From assembly GCA_964247055.1 (NCBI GenBank), contig OZ176053.1, forward strand, positions 8,742,001 to 8,806,000: a stretch of DNA of 64,000 nucleotides. The letters run 5' to 3'. The DNA comes from Paragordius varius (Eukaryota > Animalia > Nematomorpha). This document shows, in pieces, positions 25,237 through 39,100 of this stretch. Each line of letters begins with the position of its first letter. Positions within the stretch are counted from its first letter, which is position 1. Position numbers and translations under genes: made by a program. A model generated the notes under the pieces. That model was not told the DNA's origin and did not search any database. It was given only the letters and a program-made list of their open reading frames with translations.

Positions 25237-27285
25237 CTTTATATTAACACTTAGATACATATTCATTAAGTCCTTCGATTCAAAATGGGCTTGATCCCAG
25301 TCTGTTTAAAATTAAAAATCAAAAATATGAGATGAATTAAAACCATGGCAAGAATTTGCACATTTCTAACATTAATGAGCGAAATATATAAATTTTCAAT
25401 TCAAAATTGATATTACTTATATTTAGGTAAAACGTCAAGGTAAAAATTTAGTCAACAGAACTTGTGTGCTCAAATTTAAAAATAATCAAATTAAACCAAT
25501 TTTTCTATTTCTATCAATGTTAGATGTATAATTTAAAATAAAAAATTAGCTTTCATTTTAGGTTTAAATTCAAATAAACCCGATATTTGCAAAAATGTTG
25601 TAAAATATAAATGGCTTCGAAGTAGTTTGATATAAAACTTTTTTTAACCAAATTTTATTTAAGTATTTTGGCTTATTTATATTATCTTTATTAGGATAGA
25701 GGCATAAATTTAAGGTGGGGCCGTTTCTTTCAGTATTTTTTTAAAAAAATAGCCTGGGGTATTTATTAACCCCATTTTGAATCGAATTGTTAACTGTACA
25801 TTTTCCAATGATTAAATAATATAATATTTTTGAAAGTCCCGACAAATAACAATCTTAAATTATTCTAGTGGTAAAATTTCAAAATTGCTGCCTTTGTTTA
25901 TATGACCTATGATTTAATACAACATAAAATTACATGTTCGTCAATAAAAAGGTCGTCGACGACCTCAACCCTAGGCATATACCATGTAAAATATGAAATT
26001 AAGATATCCGTTTTATGCATTAATATATAACATTGCTGGAACACTATATAAAAAAATGATAAACATTTATTCGATGGTTAAACTTAAGGAAAAGGGACCG
26101 CATATGAGTGTTTTAGCTGAAAAATAAATGATAATTAAATCATTTTTTCTATATTTAATTAGCGTTATATTTTAAAAGTTGTTAGTGATTGCCTTGATGG
26201 CGGGAGCCCGACAATCTTCCGAGGCCACACTATTTACTTCTTAATTTATAGAAAACAAAAATTCTATCTGTAGAATATATAAAACACTATATTTTCTAAA
26301 AAAATTTAAAATGGGTAAGCAGTTTTGCTTAATCTCGTGTAAAAATGGAGGTGTTACAAAAACACAATTCTAAAAATTGACAACCCGTTTTCAAACTTTC
26401 AGTAATTTTATTATTTTTTCCGAATGTGCTAGTTTAGCCCCAGTCACCCACCGCTAAAAATGGGGTTTCGCAAGAAAATGGGCATAGCAATTTTGCAAAA
26501 AAACGTTTTACATTGAAACTTGAATAGAATTATTTTTTTCACCAATGCGGATTTACTTTCTTTGAATTAGCCCTTCAGTTCACCCTCACCCATGTTAAGA
26601 TGGGATTAAAAAATTCGCTTTAAGCAAAAGAAAATGAAACCCATCGAATTAAAAAATGAATTTTTATCTTCATATAAGTGTGGCGAGAGTAATAAAGTCA
26701 TTTTTTGAATAATCCCCTTAATAAAGGCCCATCTTCCTTATAATGTGGTTTGGTTTTAAAGCATTTCTGGAAATCGGGTAAGCCGATTGGAATACAACAG
26801 TGAAATTTTTTCATTCATTTATACATTTCGCGAGGGTGATTGAGGCATTTTTTCTTTAGTTCATCCCCATGTCTTTCAAAATAAGGTTTTTTAAATTTGA
26901 AGATTTTTTCCAGAAATGTGCAGGTTAATTATTCCATGGAAAATATATATGGATTAGGGTGACTTATCTGTTTTTTGAATTGTCCTCAAAACCCCACCCC
27001 GTTTGGAATAGCCTATAAATACAATGAGCTAATTTAAAACTAATAGTTAACAAAAAAGCCAAATTATAATTAAATACTTTTAAAGTTAATTAATTTTACT
27101 TTTGACCAAAATAATAAATGTGACAGTGTATCAACGATGTATAAACTTAATGCATCCTTTTTAAAAATTGCTATATTGTACTTCATTTTATGTTGAGTAA
27201 TCAACCTCAATTATTAATATGGGAGGAAATAAGCATAAATCTAAAAAATTTATTGTATATATATAGCACAGTTAATGATTAGATG

Positions 27286-30200
27286 TTAACAAATATCTTG
27301 TAGATAAAATGATATAAAATAATTAAGTATGTCCGGATTAAATGCAATAAATTCACTCGTTTCTGTATTATACTTTCGATAAAAATCAACCCTATTTTTC
27401 GGATTCCCATACAAAATGGCATTATATTGGTCAATGTTTTCAGCTTTAAGGGCGAGCATTTTTTCACGTTCGGCAACTTCCTTGAGGTATCGTACATTAA
27501 AATTGTATTCCATAAAGCTTTTATCAGTATCCTCTTCCCAACCCTTCTGATAATTGACCCAGGCCACGTTTTTAAGTGCGGATTTAAAAGCTTCCCTATA
27601 TTTCTGCACATTTTCACCATCATTCACCACATTGACATAATCATTAGTTGTGAGATCATCATCAACATCATCATTATATTTCATATAATGATTGAGTAAT
27701 GGTGGCATATGATTTAGTTGGAAAGAAACGAAACACAAATGTTGACCATCGGTGCCGATATAATTGCAACATAGCGGGGTAGGTAGTGTATCAAAAGGTT
27801 CAAGGTTTTTGGCTAACTATAAAAATAAATAATTACAATTTATTAGTTGTTTAGTTCCCAGAAAATTTTTGATAAACAAAGTTTTTATTATTACGACATA
27901 CAGTTAAATATTTGAAATATCACTAAAACAAAGTTTTCTTAAAGACTATGGATAAACGACTCCCTATATCGATCCCACCACCACAATAAGTTTATTAAAA
28001 TAAAATTGCCTATATTTTCTTAAAAAAGGGTCTGATGGGATAACGACCCATATATTTTTTCCTACAATCAAGGTCATTATGGAAGACGGGGAATCTCGTA
28101 TCGTCTTTGTGTAATGGCTAGCCATTGTATCCGTATAGAAGCTGTCTATAATATTTGCGATCCTGCCAGGCGTTATAATCAATGTTGGCAACACTTAAAT
28201 CATTATTTATTGTTTTTTCCCAGTTGAATGTTGGTCTGCCCCTGCGATTGTTACCTTCGGGATGTAGGGATAAAATTTTATTTGTCCATTGTTCTGGAGC
28301 ACGTTTGATGTGTCCGAAATTTCTAAACCTATTTTTTCTGAGCATGACATTTTCTGTGTGGGGTGTGGTGGAAAAAAAGACTACCATTATTTTTTCCTAT
28401 AAAATACCACAATACCTGCATTCACACAGATGATAAAGCGGGTTTATCTGGCGCTATAACCAGTTGCTAGAAACAACCAATTTGTAATATATGTAAGCGG
28501 GGATGGAACTCCGTAAGCCCAGAAAGGCAATTCCATAGGTCAGGGACACCGAAATAGTCTCTTGATTTGCAAAGGCATGCAAATTGTAAAACAATCGCCT
28601 TAATCATACCGTATATGAAAATAATGAATGAATTTACAACACTTTTAAACAATGATATATATTTTAAAAATGATAATATTAATCTTACAAATAATTTTAT
28701 TAATGATATTAATATATGTGATAATCTTAATTTTGATAATAATCTTAATTTACATGATAACAATATTAATGTTCTCCTAAAAAACCACAAACATCAAAAA
28801 ACACCCAACAATATGGTAAAACCATGGGGAATCTATTGTAACACATTTGGTATCGAAGCATCATGAGCTTAAAACAAAAATAAAATTTGTATACTGCAGT
28901 AGAAAATAATCCTGAAGATCCATACAAACGAAATGCCGTTTGTGCCAAGTGGCCATAACAAGTTAGTATCCCTTTAGCTGTGTATTGGGCAGGCGTCCAA
29001 GATGCACAATTATTGGCGTCTACAATAACGTTAGGATAGAATAATTGGCCAGGTTTGTTAGCAAGGGAAAAACTTTGTTGAGAAATAAGTTTCATCACAG
29101 AAGGACAAAGTGGATTATGCTCGTTTCCTAGTAGTAGGCAAAATAAACAAAAGAAATAAATTCAAAATCATTAATATAGTATTCGGGCCTTTTTTTAATT
29201 CATTCATAAATTTTTCATTTATTGTATTAGTTTAACTTTTAGTCCGATAAAGTTTTATTCATCTGTATATACTACTTTAAATCATAAACCAATTTAGTCA
29301 TCAAAGCAGGAAAAATTCAAACAAAAAAATATACCATAGGTCAAAAAATCGATGAGAGGCGAGATAGGATAAGTTTGAGTCGCTAAATCTGAATTCTCGT
29401 TGTAATTTTCCCTAGTGTTCCAAGGACCTAAGGGTTTGGTGTTTAAGCACACTAAATTATTTGTACATTGCCAACGTACAGGTTGTAAGGGGGATCGAGA
29501 AAAATTTATTGCAAGCCTATCTTTTTTGGAGAGTGCCGCACTATTATCATTTTGCATCCCGAAACTTAACTTATAGGTATTATTTTGATGCATGGTCATA
29601 TCTTTTGAATCGATTAATTGTCCTTTTGCATATAGCATATCACCAGTTTGATTTGTAGTTAAACTATTTTGCACACCAGTTTCATTATTTGGCAATGCAT
29701 GCAGAGAAGAGCATTGATCGACATGAGAATCTGTGTTAAGTTATAATAAAAGTATATGAATAGAGTATCAAATTAAAACAAAATTTAAACATTTTTTACC
29801 TAGCAAAAATAGTAAATTCAAGTTGTGATCATATGAAAGAATTCGATTATCAGACTTTGATTCGCTTAATTCATACTTCATGGATTCGCAAAAGTTGATG
29901 ATGTTGTGGAAAAAAACTGAGCTAAAAATAATAAAAGGGTTGAACTAATTTTAGTGAAAGCTATCATTATTTAAAACGCATGAAAAATATTATATTGAAC
30001 GATAAATATAAAAATTAGATTTAACTTTTAGTAAATCTATCTAAGTTGAATAAAAATGTGATCAACCAAAAATATGAAGTTTAACCTTGTAACATCCTCA
30101 GGAATCTGTTTAATTTTTTTATAGTGTAGCCGAAACTTATCTTTGATCAAAGGTTCAACCATTTTGAAATTTGGATCCCATTTTTTAGATTGGTACAAAA

Positions 30201-30759
30201 TATTTTTAAATCGCGCAACATTATCATTATGATCAATATTTTTTAGATTTGGTAAAAGTTTGAATCCAGGAAAATATTCATTTTCGACAACTATTGAGTT
30301 AGTTATTAAACCAGCCTGTTTTATATCTTTTAATAAACATATATGTTACCCTCAGTTAAAGGCACATTCCCATTAAAAACGGTCCCCTCAAATAACTTTT
30401 TCGGTTCTCTATACAAATCTAACCAATTACCGATTTTCGGCATGTATGGATTGGCCATATCATAAATCTATAAGATATTTAACATTAATAATGTTAAGCT
30501 ATTATTTAGGTAAATAAGAAATTATCAAACAAAATCGTAAATTAATGTTTTAGAATTAAGTAAAAAACATAAAATAACTTTAAATATATACCTTTATTAA
30601 ACCATTATCAGCCTGTCCGGGATTATTAGCATTTATAATCTCAAATCCCTTATCCAAATAATATTTAGGTATTTGTAAAGGAGGTATTATTTGATTCCGT
30701 TTTCGGTCCCACATACTTTTCCACAAAAAAACTGATTTATCTTTACGAACTCCGACCAT
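27286..30759 (-). CDS. MRPL37: Mitochondrial ribosomal protein mL37
   Basis: Exons 30759-30592, 30467-30350, 30326-30086, 29921-29800, 29730-29335, 29127-28895, 27816-27286. Motifs LTEDIKQAGLITNS, TYPISPLIDF, AQYTAKGILTCYG...RLYG, GTDGQHLCFVSFQLN, LKNVAWVN and FNPDILNYFISFY match recalled mL37 motifs (GTDGRVFHFLVFQLN, VKNLAWVD, YPISPIID). Confidence 0.85.
28100..28390 (-). mobile_element. 5'-truncated LINE fragment (C-terminus of RT ORF) in an MRPL37 intron
   Basis: RFRNFGHIKR...HPEGNNRRGRPTFNWEKTINNDL matches the FGH..R / GRP..W C-terminal motif of RTE/L2-like ORF2. Confidence 0.7.
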
Positions 30760-30815
30760 GCTTTTTTCAAGATAGGTTTAAATCATATGACTATATCATA
30801 AAATCTTTTATCAAG

Positions 30816-33124
30816 ATGTTTACCTGTAATTCTTACCGAGAAATACCTGGGCAAAATTTTAACACAATAATTTTTTCTTTAAATAATAGCTATATAATTT
30901 TAGAAAATAAAAGCCTTATTTTAGTTAATAACAATTTAATTATCCGAAAAGAAAAATTTGATGAGATTATTTCAACGGCTTTTTCCGACAGGGAATTATT
31001 ATTTGTGGGTACAAGAAATGGTAATATTTACAAAATTGATATGTCTAAAAGAGTAATTAATTGCACTAAGATGCATTCACAAGAATTTAATCTTATTAAA
31101 AAACTAGAACATTACTATGTATCAACCGATAAAGTTGTTTTCATTATAATATTTAGACTTGTATCGTTCAATGGGAAATTAATAAAGATGGGCTCAAAAT
31201 GATATCTACCTTGGAAATAGCTAATATTGTCGATATTTATAACTATGATAATATATTTTATTGCATCAGTTCAAGTTTAATAATAACTATAATATAGATG
31301 CTATTTCCACCGTTCTAAATTTTGTAATTTTAAGTCAAATAAAAACTGAAGATACAATTATTCACACATTTTTCAATGATAAAAAATTATTCTTGAAGGG
31401 CTTACTTTATATATGGATATTTTCCTTATCTTGCACTCAGCCACTATTTGAAAGCAAAGTTGTAAATTAGTATATTTTTAGATTGTATTGAACGAAAAGG
31501 AATTGAAATTGGTTTATGCATCCATATACATAGCAATATTAATCTCCACAAATTTTATCAGGTATTGAAGAAAATATATTCGAATAAATATGAAATTTCA
31601 TTTTCTGTACTGTATATATTTTTACCGCATATAAATAAAAGCTTATAATCGCTTATATAATAAGATATTTTTATGAATGGCAATTTGAGATGTAGAAATT
31701 ATATGTTACAGTTAAACAATAAGTAGTAATTTACATAGTTATAAAATAATATTTAAATTAATCTAGTGTGGTAGATATTAAAAGAAATACCCGTTCTGAA
31801 TTGCATTTACCCCAAGTTTTATTGGATAAAGGGGATATTATTACTTCAGCAGCATTTAATCCAACTAAAAGTAGACTTTTCTCCTAATAAACTTTGTGGG
31901 ATATTGCAGTAAAAATTTAAATTATAAAGACAAAACGTAAACTATGATATCTTTTAACGAAAGCAATGTTTAATCCTTAATTTTTTATATAACCTATTAC
32001 AGTTTATAGAATATATAATTGAATATGGGACCAATTTACATTTATATCTTATCCAAAGGCAATATCCTTTAACGAAAATTAGGGTATGAAAATAATGGCT
32101 GGAATTAAAAAAAATTAGTCTTTTAATTTTTGCGTTTTGTCTTTATAATTTCAATTTTTATGTATATGTGTCGTATTGTATCCGTACCTATGTGTTGTTT
32201 TGCATGTTTTCATCAAAGTTTAATTTTTTCATAAATTATGTATTTATTGTTTTTAGTTTTTTTTGAATTTTATGTTTTTTACAAATTTTTAGGAATTTTA
32301 GCTATCAGGACACACCAGGGTTACGTTTTAATATGGCAACTTGTTGTGACAAATATGATGTGTTCCGCAGTCCAAACTTTCATACTAAATGGATTATTTA
32401 GCATGGAACTTATGCATTATACAAGTTTAAAGGCTTCCTGTTTACAGATTGGTGTAATTTTTTGAATATATTTAACATTTGAAGATATCAAATTTTTTAA
32501 CAATTAATAAATATTTCATTTATTAGTGGATGGAAAAAGATATTGCTGAAAACCACAATCTTATAGTTTTAACTACTGAAGGAATATGCAATATTAGCAT
32601 TGAATATATTCAAAAAGTTACAGTTAATGAAAAAGTAACTTAATATTTTATATTTCCACCAATAAATATATATTTATGGTATCTTTTAGTTTATTTTTAC
32701 CATTTCTACCGATGGCACCAGCCTGTATGGCGAAACGATTTCTGAAGGTATATTTCCTATCAATTTTATTGTTATTATCTTTGTTAATATTATATATTTA
32801 TTTTATAATAACCAATAAATCAGTGTTTCTCTGCTTTAACTCAGTAGGAATTCAAATAATAGTTTTATAATTTATGAAACATTTTATGTTTTAGCTATAA
32901 TATTTAGTGTACACGCATTAATAAATTAGAGGTGATTATTTGTACTTTATTTTGTAAAATAGGCTTTAATGTTATTTTAAATTTTTATATACTAAGCCCT
33001 TATTGAATAAATAATTCCATCGAATCCTATTGTAACATATGACATTAAAATCTGCTTAATTTATTTTACCCCTGTATAAGTAGTTGTTGACCGAATTTAT
33101 GCAATGTTTTGTTCTGGAAAACCG

Positions 33125-33157
<33 letters not shown>

Positions 33158-36100
33158 CCAATTTATTAAATAAATTAAGATTAAATGTTGTAATAAAATT
33201 TAAGATATACCAATTATTAAATTTTACCACTCGCTGGTGGATTTGTGTTTGAAAAAATCTGTTTACATTTCTACTTAACAAAATAAATTAAATACTTCTT
33301 ATTTGACCGTTTTTTAAACTTTACACTATTTAAATATGTCTATATTTTAGTGGGTAGCGTTAACTGTTTTGGCATCACAAAAAACCCATTTAAAAATCTG
33401 TCAACCGAAACAAATTTTGGGAATACGATAGCTGGGTGCGCTTGCAACACTGATGGTACTTTACTAGTGCTTTGGAATGAAAATAAAAAACAACCGCCTA
33501 GCGTTCAAATATTTTTTGTTAGAGAGAAAAAAGGAAAATCTATAAAACTAATATGTAAAGGTTTAATTCACGTATAGTCAATAAATTTAGGCCATATTAC
33601 GTTCCCCGAATTGTCTAAAGATGCTATATGTAACATAAAAAATTGTATAATTATGGGATATGTAATATTGATTCACATTATAAGCCTGGAAAGCTTTGAA
33701 AATACTAAGGAAATTAAGAAAAGTTCAATATTTTATGGTGGAGATTATGATTTGATTAATGATGTTTCATTGACTGCGGATTCAAACTCGACAAAAGAGT
33801 ATATGTTCAGAATATTAGATTTACCAGATTCATTTAACGAATCCAATTTGTCTGGGTATGTAATTTAATGTTTATATTTTATTTCTCAAATTAGCATCTA
33901 CTAATTGATGATTGATTTGAAATAATGACTAAACCAAATTAACATTTATTTATGTTTAATTACTTAATATGTTTATTTATTGTATATATATCACAGAATA
34001 TCTTACGACTCAAATATTTTGACATTATGGTCAACTAGTAAAGCATTTATTCAATCTTATCACGTAGAACCGTTCCGTCATATTACTCACACTATCATTG
34101 ATAGTTCGATGATTTTTGGTAAAATATTTATAAAAATTACAATTGGCTTTTTTCAATAAACAATAAAATCCAAGAATAATTTCTTTTCATTGTGTAGATT
34201 CCAATATGCGATCCTCTCAAAGTTCCAGAGATCAAAAATGTCATGAGATAAGACTTGATATGAAATCACTTTTTAATAATGATTTGATTCCGTCTACAAA
34301 ATTATCCCAAAAACATTGGGATATTGAAATGATAAAACCCAATAAAAATGCCAACAATTCTGCCATTTTGTTGAGAAATAAAGTATATAGAATAACTTAA
34401 TTTTAGCCCGTTGATGCTCTGTTGATTTGGGATACGTCGTCTGATTCAACCTTCAAAATTGATATTGTAACAGATTTAAATAGGTGAAACCTATATTAAT
34501 ACATTAAATGCAATTTTAAAAATATTTATATCTAATTTAAGTTTTTAATATTTTTTGTTCTCTTTTAGTTTTTTTCACCACAAAGTCGATAATTTACGAA
34601 TTGTGAATGTGCGATGGGATTTGAATCATTCTGAACTTTTGGCTGTAACTTGTAACATTGACAATGTATCATAATTAAATATATATTTTAATTAATTAAA
34701 TATTAATTTATTTCTAAATGTAATGTCTATAATTTATTTTAATAAAGTGTGACCTAATTACACAATATTTTTAGTTTTAGAGATAGATCATAATTATACA
34801 TATTGGGGGGAAGTATTAAATTAAAATGTTTTTTTAAAATATAATATTTACATACAGATGCAACAAATTATTGCAATATATTATATATCCTCCAATTCCA
34901 CATGTGTACTGCTTGGAACACACACAGTGTTGTGTAATATCTCAGTTGATAATGTCATACATTTGCAATTTCCATATCTTGTCACCTTTAAATCGGTATA
35001 ATAGTTAATTATATTGTTTGCGGTTGGGTTTTTAGCCAGTCTGACTGAATACTATAAATAAATTTAAATTATATGTTTTTTTAAATAAAATCAAACAAAA
35101 TGAAGTAAAACCATGAAATTAATACAAATCAAATATTTTGCTAATGATCATTAGGGCAAATTTGAAAAATTTTGAAATTTTAAATTATTTTACATTAAAA
35201 TTGATTGTACAATTGTTTTATAATAATTTTGATCGCGTGGTTACACGTTTTTGACTGATTATTTATAAAAACGGTGGCACATTCACGGTCATTAACGCAT
35301 TACAACTGGTTGGTTAAACCCAATAATCTAGTAAAATGATATTATTTGATAATGTTCATAATATTTTATGAATTAATATATTTAGGGTCTTTCATCAACC
35401 TTGAGAAATGTCAAAGGGTTATTGGCAAATAAACGCTCCTCATCTACACAATCCAAATTATGCAATATTCAAACATTGCAAATGTTATTACCTACACATT
35501 CATTTTATGATGTACAGTCAACAAGCGAGGATAACAATAATGATAATGTTTTTTCCTCTAATCTTGCCTTATTAACCAGTTTGGATGATATCGCACAAGA
35601 GTTACAGTAAAATTTTAATTATAAAAGCAAAACATAAAAAGTAACAGACAAATTTTTAAAACGAAAAACATCTTTCTCATCATTGATTTTGATATAACTT
35701 ATATGATTATTAAATGTGAGATAACTTAAGTGTATTAACAATTTACATCTCTATTCCTTATTTCGCAAGCCAAAACGAGGTTATTTTAGCATAAAATTTT
35801 AAAAATGTCTTTTTTATGAAAATTACTCATTTTTTAATTTTAATGATTTATTTTAAATTTTAATGTAGTGAAATAACCTATGAGGATTGGAGTGTTTTCA
35901 TACAAAATGCGTTAATACCTGTGTGTGAAAAAGATTGGCATTTACTTGATCAATGGATAGAAATTTGCCCCTATAACACGTATGCTAATTTTAGAAACCA
36001 CCTTGTTTTAAAAAACTTTGTTGTTATGTTACTTAAGTTAAAACTGTTAAATTTTGTCAATGAATGAAAATATGAATAAACCGAATTCCAAATATTTTTG

Positions 36101-39100
36101 TATAGTTTTTAATGGAAAATGGAGATTGAATCTTATTTTTTAATATTACTATACATGAAGTATTTCACCGTAAATCCCTTTTAAAGTTTAACGATTTTAC
36201 TGTTAGTAAAAAAATTTTTACCTTAAAATATAATACATTGTAGAAAAATACTCTTACTCTGTTTGGCCACATACTGTTTGACAATGCATCACTTGCTTCC
36301 TTTATCACGGAGAGTGCTGAGAAAGTATATGGGAACATCCCGCTTTGATAATATCTTTGAACCAAAAATCAAAATTATTATGGATAAAATTTCGGAATGT
36401 AATGTTGGCAACTTGTCAATATTCAATCGAAATTGTGAGGATAAAGAGGAACTTGAAATTGCCTGTTACTTGTTTTCTTTAAATGGATTGGTATATCTTT
36501 GAATCAATAACATTTTAACATATTTTATCCATCTATTTATAAAAAAAGGGTTGTTTAAAAAAAACATTTTCAGTACATACTTTGGGTAGATAAAATATCT
36601 TTTCATGGGACCCTTTATATTAATTTGTTATTATCATCATCTAGGCGCAATCATTAACAATTTTAACAAAAATAATTGGTCAACATCCATCACAGATTCT
36701 AAAAGTAAATACCATACTACATCACTTTCAAAGTAGTAATATTGAGATTGCAACAAATAATATGACAATTGTAAATTATATTTGGAATTTAAATTTGACT
36801 TATATGTTGGATAATTTGATGGATATTCAAAGATTTTCACATTTTAAATCGGTAACAAATGCCTCTGTTCATTACCTTGTGAGGCAAACGGTTAAACAGA
36901 TTTATTTAGCTCAATACAACTCACTACCTTCGTTTGATGCTTTAAAATCCCTTACAAAATATATATTGGCTTTAGAAGCTTGTGAGGAATCACCCTACAT
37001 TAATGATTCACCAACTTACGTTAAATCATTTTTGTGTTTGCAGTTAAATACGCTAAATCAAGAGAAAATGACCAATAAAAATATTAACACCTTACTGATT
37101 CATGACAGTTTATCGCCTGATTTTTTTTGGTCCTTGTATCTTTTATACACTTTTCATACTTGCACACATTCTGAAACGTTTGTGAATGAACTCACTCAAC
37201 TTCTGTATGCAATAACTTCCCAAGCTCACAAAGATAACGCAAAATTTAGCATAGAAAAATTTCTTTCCACCTATGCTGATTTGATATTTGAATCTATCAA
37301 ATGTCTTGAAATAAAAGACGGTCATCATGAAAAAATAAATGGTATCGACGGCCTTCTTATCCGTTGGATTGCACAGTATGCGGAAGCTATAAGGTTTTTT
37401 CCAATCGCGTTGAAATGTTATGAGAAAATTGGGGATCACCTTTCACTTGTTAAAATGTATTGTCGGATGGGTCAGTTAGAAAAGGTCGGATTATATTTTA
37501 TATTTAAATTAAACAAATTTGAATTCTTTTTACGAAAATCGATACACATTTCCACTTCATATTTGTATTTAAATGACTAACCATCCTTTTTAAATTAATA
37601 ATACAATAAATTTATTTAAAGGCAGTTGAACTGGCTCAAAAACACGGTGATAAATCAACATTTTTTTATTTGGGACAAACTTATGAAGGTATGCAAAAAC
37701 ATTCACAAGCCATTCAATTTTTTACGTTTTCTGGAGCTTATTCTATAGCATTTAAGTTATGTCAGGTATTCCGACATTTTGTCTATAGTCACTTTATATT
37801 TTTTCCCATACAAAATTATTTGTTATTAGACTCATTCCATGGAACAACAATTGATAAATATGGCTGAGTCATGGCCAATAACTCACAAACTGCAAGTAGC
37901 TCAATATCTTTCGAACCATCCAAACCCCAAACTTTTACCCCAAATAGTAGCTTTCAATCATATTGTACGTAAAATTCTACATAATTTTTTTTTTGAACAA
38001 AAATGTAATATTGATTATTTTAAATAGTTTTTTTAGTTTTTTTTATTTATTCTTCTTTATACGAATATAAATTTTAAAACTCCATTAATATAAATTTTTT
38101 TATATGTTTGAATATGTTAACTATATTTATTTGATTTGTATAATATTAATACTGGTACTTTAGGTTGGAAATACCAAATGTGCAATAGAAATAGCATGCG
38201 AACATGATTTAGTTGCCAGTTTAGACTCCATTTTAAATTCAATAATTTTTGAACCAAATTCCACCTCACTTAAATCCAAATCTACCGTGCTTAAAGATGA
38301 TTTAAATCAACTAATGAACCTTTTTACGGAAAAGGGTGATAACGACACAATGAGTCATTTAAAGAATTTATTACTTATTAAAACTAAAACGACATGTGAC
38401 GTAGATAAAAACGATGTTCATGAGGATAACATTGGTAGAAAATGTTTTCATATCGGCGATTTGATTGTAAAGACCTATGCTGACCATACTCAATATGCTA
38501 AAGCTGTATGGATCAATTGTTTGATGGGAAAGGTAAGTTTGTAACCCATCACAATTTTTTTTAATATTAAAAATTTTAAATAATTAGTAACGAATATTTT
38601 AATACCAAATCGAGGTCTAAATAGTTTTTGCACTTGTCTGAAGGTAACATTTTTTATATAATGAAAGCAATGTTTATATATTTCACTACAGTAGTAATGA
38701 CATCTAACGTTTTTCCATCGCAATCCGCAACATCCTAAAGAAAATTCTATTTTTACCCAATCACTTATAAAATGATTGATATATTTTTACAGTTTAAAGA
38801 AGCGATAAACATTGTGACAGAAAACGACGCTGTTATCTGTCGCAAAGGGATAATTCCCTTAACACAATACATAATTGATCATTATAATCAACTTGAAGGA
38901 GAGGCCAAAATAACTTTTCAACATCAATTTCTGCCTGTTTTAAAACAATTAGCTAACAAGCTAAATGAAATGGAATATTATGACACAGCATATCAACTCT
39001 ATATGGAATTGATAAATGATCCAATTGAGGTAATTAATAACAACTATTAAAGAAAATCTAAAATTTTTGCAACGATTTTATCTCATTTAAATCAGTAAGG

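Noticed and set aside
28028-28050. GGGTCTGATGGGATAACGACCC hairpin as a hammerhead ribozyme
   Set aside because: CTGATGG lacks the conserved A, and no GAAA core or stems I/III are present.
28567-28866. Asn-rich ORF on the + strand in the MRPL37 intron
   Set aside because: It arises from AAT/GATAAT low-complexity repeats, with no motif and no splice support.
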